Positions 62,297-64,000 of a DNA stretch of 64,000 bases are shown here, piece after piece. A program made the translations under genes and the position numbers. The stretch covers positions 8,742,001 to 8,806,000 of the forward strand of contig OZ059899.1 in assembly GCA_964057225.1 (NCBI GenBank), given 5' to 3'. This DNA comes from Auanema rhodensis. Lineage: Eukaryota > Animalia > Nematoda. The notes under the pieces are model-generated. The model made no database searches. It saw nothing but the letters and a program-made list of their open reading frames with translations, and was not told where the DNA came from. Within the stretch, counting starts at the first letter, position 1. Every line of letters begins with the position of its first letter.

Positions 62297-64000
62297 TAAA
62301 CTAATTAAAACAGTTATATATGGATGTTAAATATTTCGAAACAGGAGAAAACAAAGGAAGTTCGTTAGATCATTCAAATTAGGATAATTTGTTTTGAAAT
62401 CTATTCGCAAATTATTTCAATATATAGTTTGAATTTGAAATTTAACAACTTTTAATGAGACTTGAGCATATATTGAGCAATTTGTGCTGTAAATGCTTAA
62501 ATTTAGGCTTAAATAACAAAAGATATTTTGGACTATGGCTGAACGTTAAACTGAACAGCTGGGATGAATCAGAGATTTCCCAGTTAAACAGAGAAAGGTT
62601 TATATTATAAGAAAGATGAAATGAAGCAAATAATTGAACGTAAAATAGAAAATTTCCAATTAGATTGACTTTTTTCTTTCTCTTCTGAAAATTGTTTCAA
62701 ATAACTAAGTTTTGCTTTGAGTACGTTTTCTTCAGTTAAACTCTGTTCTTGTGGTTCCAGCAGAAAATAGATTCTGAAGCAGTTTTCTGGTTGAAATGAC
62801 TAGAAAACTGACTTTAGAATTTAGGAAATGGACGAAAAAAAAACAGAAAAAAAAACCATTTCATATTGAGAAAATCAACTTTTCTCAAGTTGTTTTTGTG
62901 TATTATTAAAGCTTATGAAAAAAAATTTCATACATGCATATATCAACAGCAGGTATTATACTAATCCTCTGAGAAATAAGAATGATTTAAGAAATATCAC
63001 TCAGACTTAGTTTTGAAAGCCGAAACGCTTTTAAAATTTTAACGGCTTAAACAGATACATTTAGCCAAAGTTTGTCCGATTCGTCATGCTATCATTGCTT
63101 AGTAGTTTGGCATCATAATCAAAGATATGCTGTTTTGTGTTTGCAAAAACAACAACAACAACAGATAGCATCGTAAAAGTTATTGAAAAATATATGAAAC
63201 TTTGTGAGATACCTGATCTATGACCACAGAAGGGTAAGCAACATGAGATGCGATATGTCATCGAAGGGCGATGATGATACAACAAAAATAACAACAACAA
63301 CAACAAGTTGTCTCAGCTTCTTCCAAAAGTTGTATATGATGATGACAGATATCACCAGTACTACTCACAAGATTAGCTATGAGCTGAGTATGAATAGATA
63401 GAAGCTCAGAAGCTCAAACTCGTTTCCTCTGCCTTGGGTTCAGTAACGGAAAAAAGGAGATGTCTGGCTTGAACAGACCGGAAAGAGAGTACACATTGCA
63501 AAGAGGGAATGCAATGAGTCAAGGGAAGAAGCAAGACAAAGTGAATGACAACAAGAGAGGCAGAAGAGAAGAAAACAAGATAACGCCGCAAGTGGGACGT
63601 ATGAGCCAGTAGTTATATTCTCTTGAGGATATAAAATAAGTCATTCTTTTCAATGTTGTCCAGAATGCACATGTTTTACTTGTCATATACGGAAATAAGA
63701 AATTAAATGCGAGGAAGAGTGTTGTAATAGAAGATTTGAAAATAACAAAAAAATAAAAGAGAAAGAGCACAGAAACGAAATCACAGGTTGTTTTTTCTCA
63801 GTTATGTATTCATGTATGTACATACATATGTGTATAGCAAAAGAAAAATGTGGGAAAGGATATGGAAAGTTTAGTAAAAACCTTAATCTCTGACTGACAT
63901 TCGACAGACAAGGCAAGGAAATAATGGGTGAGGAGTAGATGAAGTAGCGAATGCAAAAGCAGGAACCCAATATAGTCGGAATTGACGAACAAAATCGGCA

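Noticed and set aside
62503-62511. TTAGGCTTA, 1.5 nematode telomere repeats (possible telomerase RNA template or telomere-addition site)
   Set aside because: A single 9-mer is expected about once by chance in 64 kb; there is no array and no supporting structure. The crumbs intron modules lack a GCCTAA-type template, so I do not call them telomerase RNA.
63061-63992. Cluster of short ORFs at the window end
   Set aside because: No coherent spliced frame or domain; more likely upstream regulatory or 5' sequence of the kinase gene.

Overview
AT-rich eukaryotic genomic DNA, almost certainly from a rhabditid (clade V) nematode: dense genes split by many ~40-60 nt introns, with recognisable nematode orthologues. 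I reconstructed eight spliced protein-coding genes by hand. They are a signal-peptide-bearing SAM-dependent methyltransferase-like gene (+), crumbs/crb-1 (+), an orphan ~209-aa gene (-), the RalGEF rgl-1 (-), two head-to-head IRG-7-like EGF/VWA/C-type-lectin paralogues (- and +), a MATH-BTB gene largely missed by the ORF track (-), and a PRKX/F47F2.1-like PKA-family kinase (-). The most unusual unexplained signal is non-coding. The region upstream of crumbs and its 4.35-kb first intron contain a chain of discrete modules that fold by eye into dense nested or multi-branched helices, with G-U pairs favouring the sense (+) strand. These are candidate structured RNAs I cannot assign to any known family. 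No folding or database search was run; all exon boundaries and structures are manual readings.
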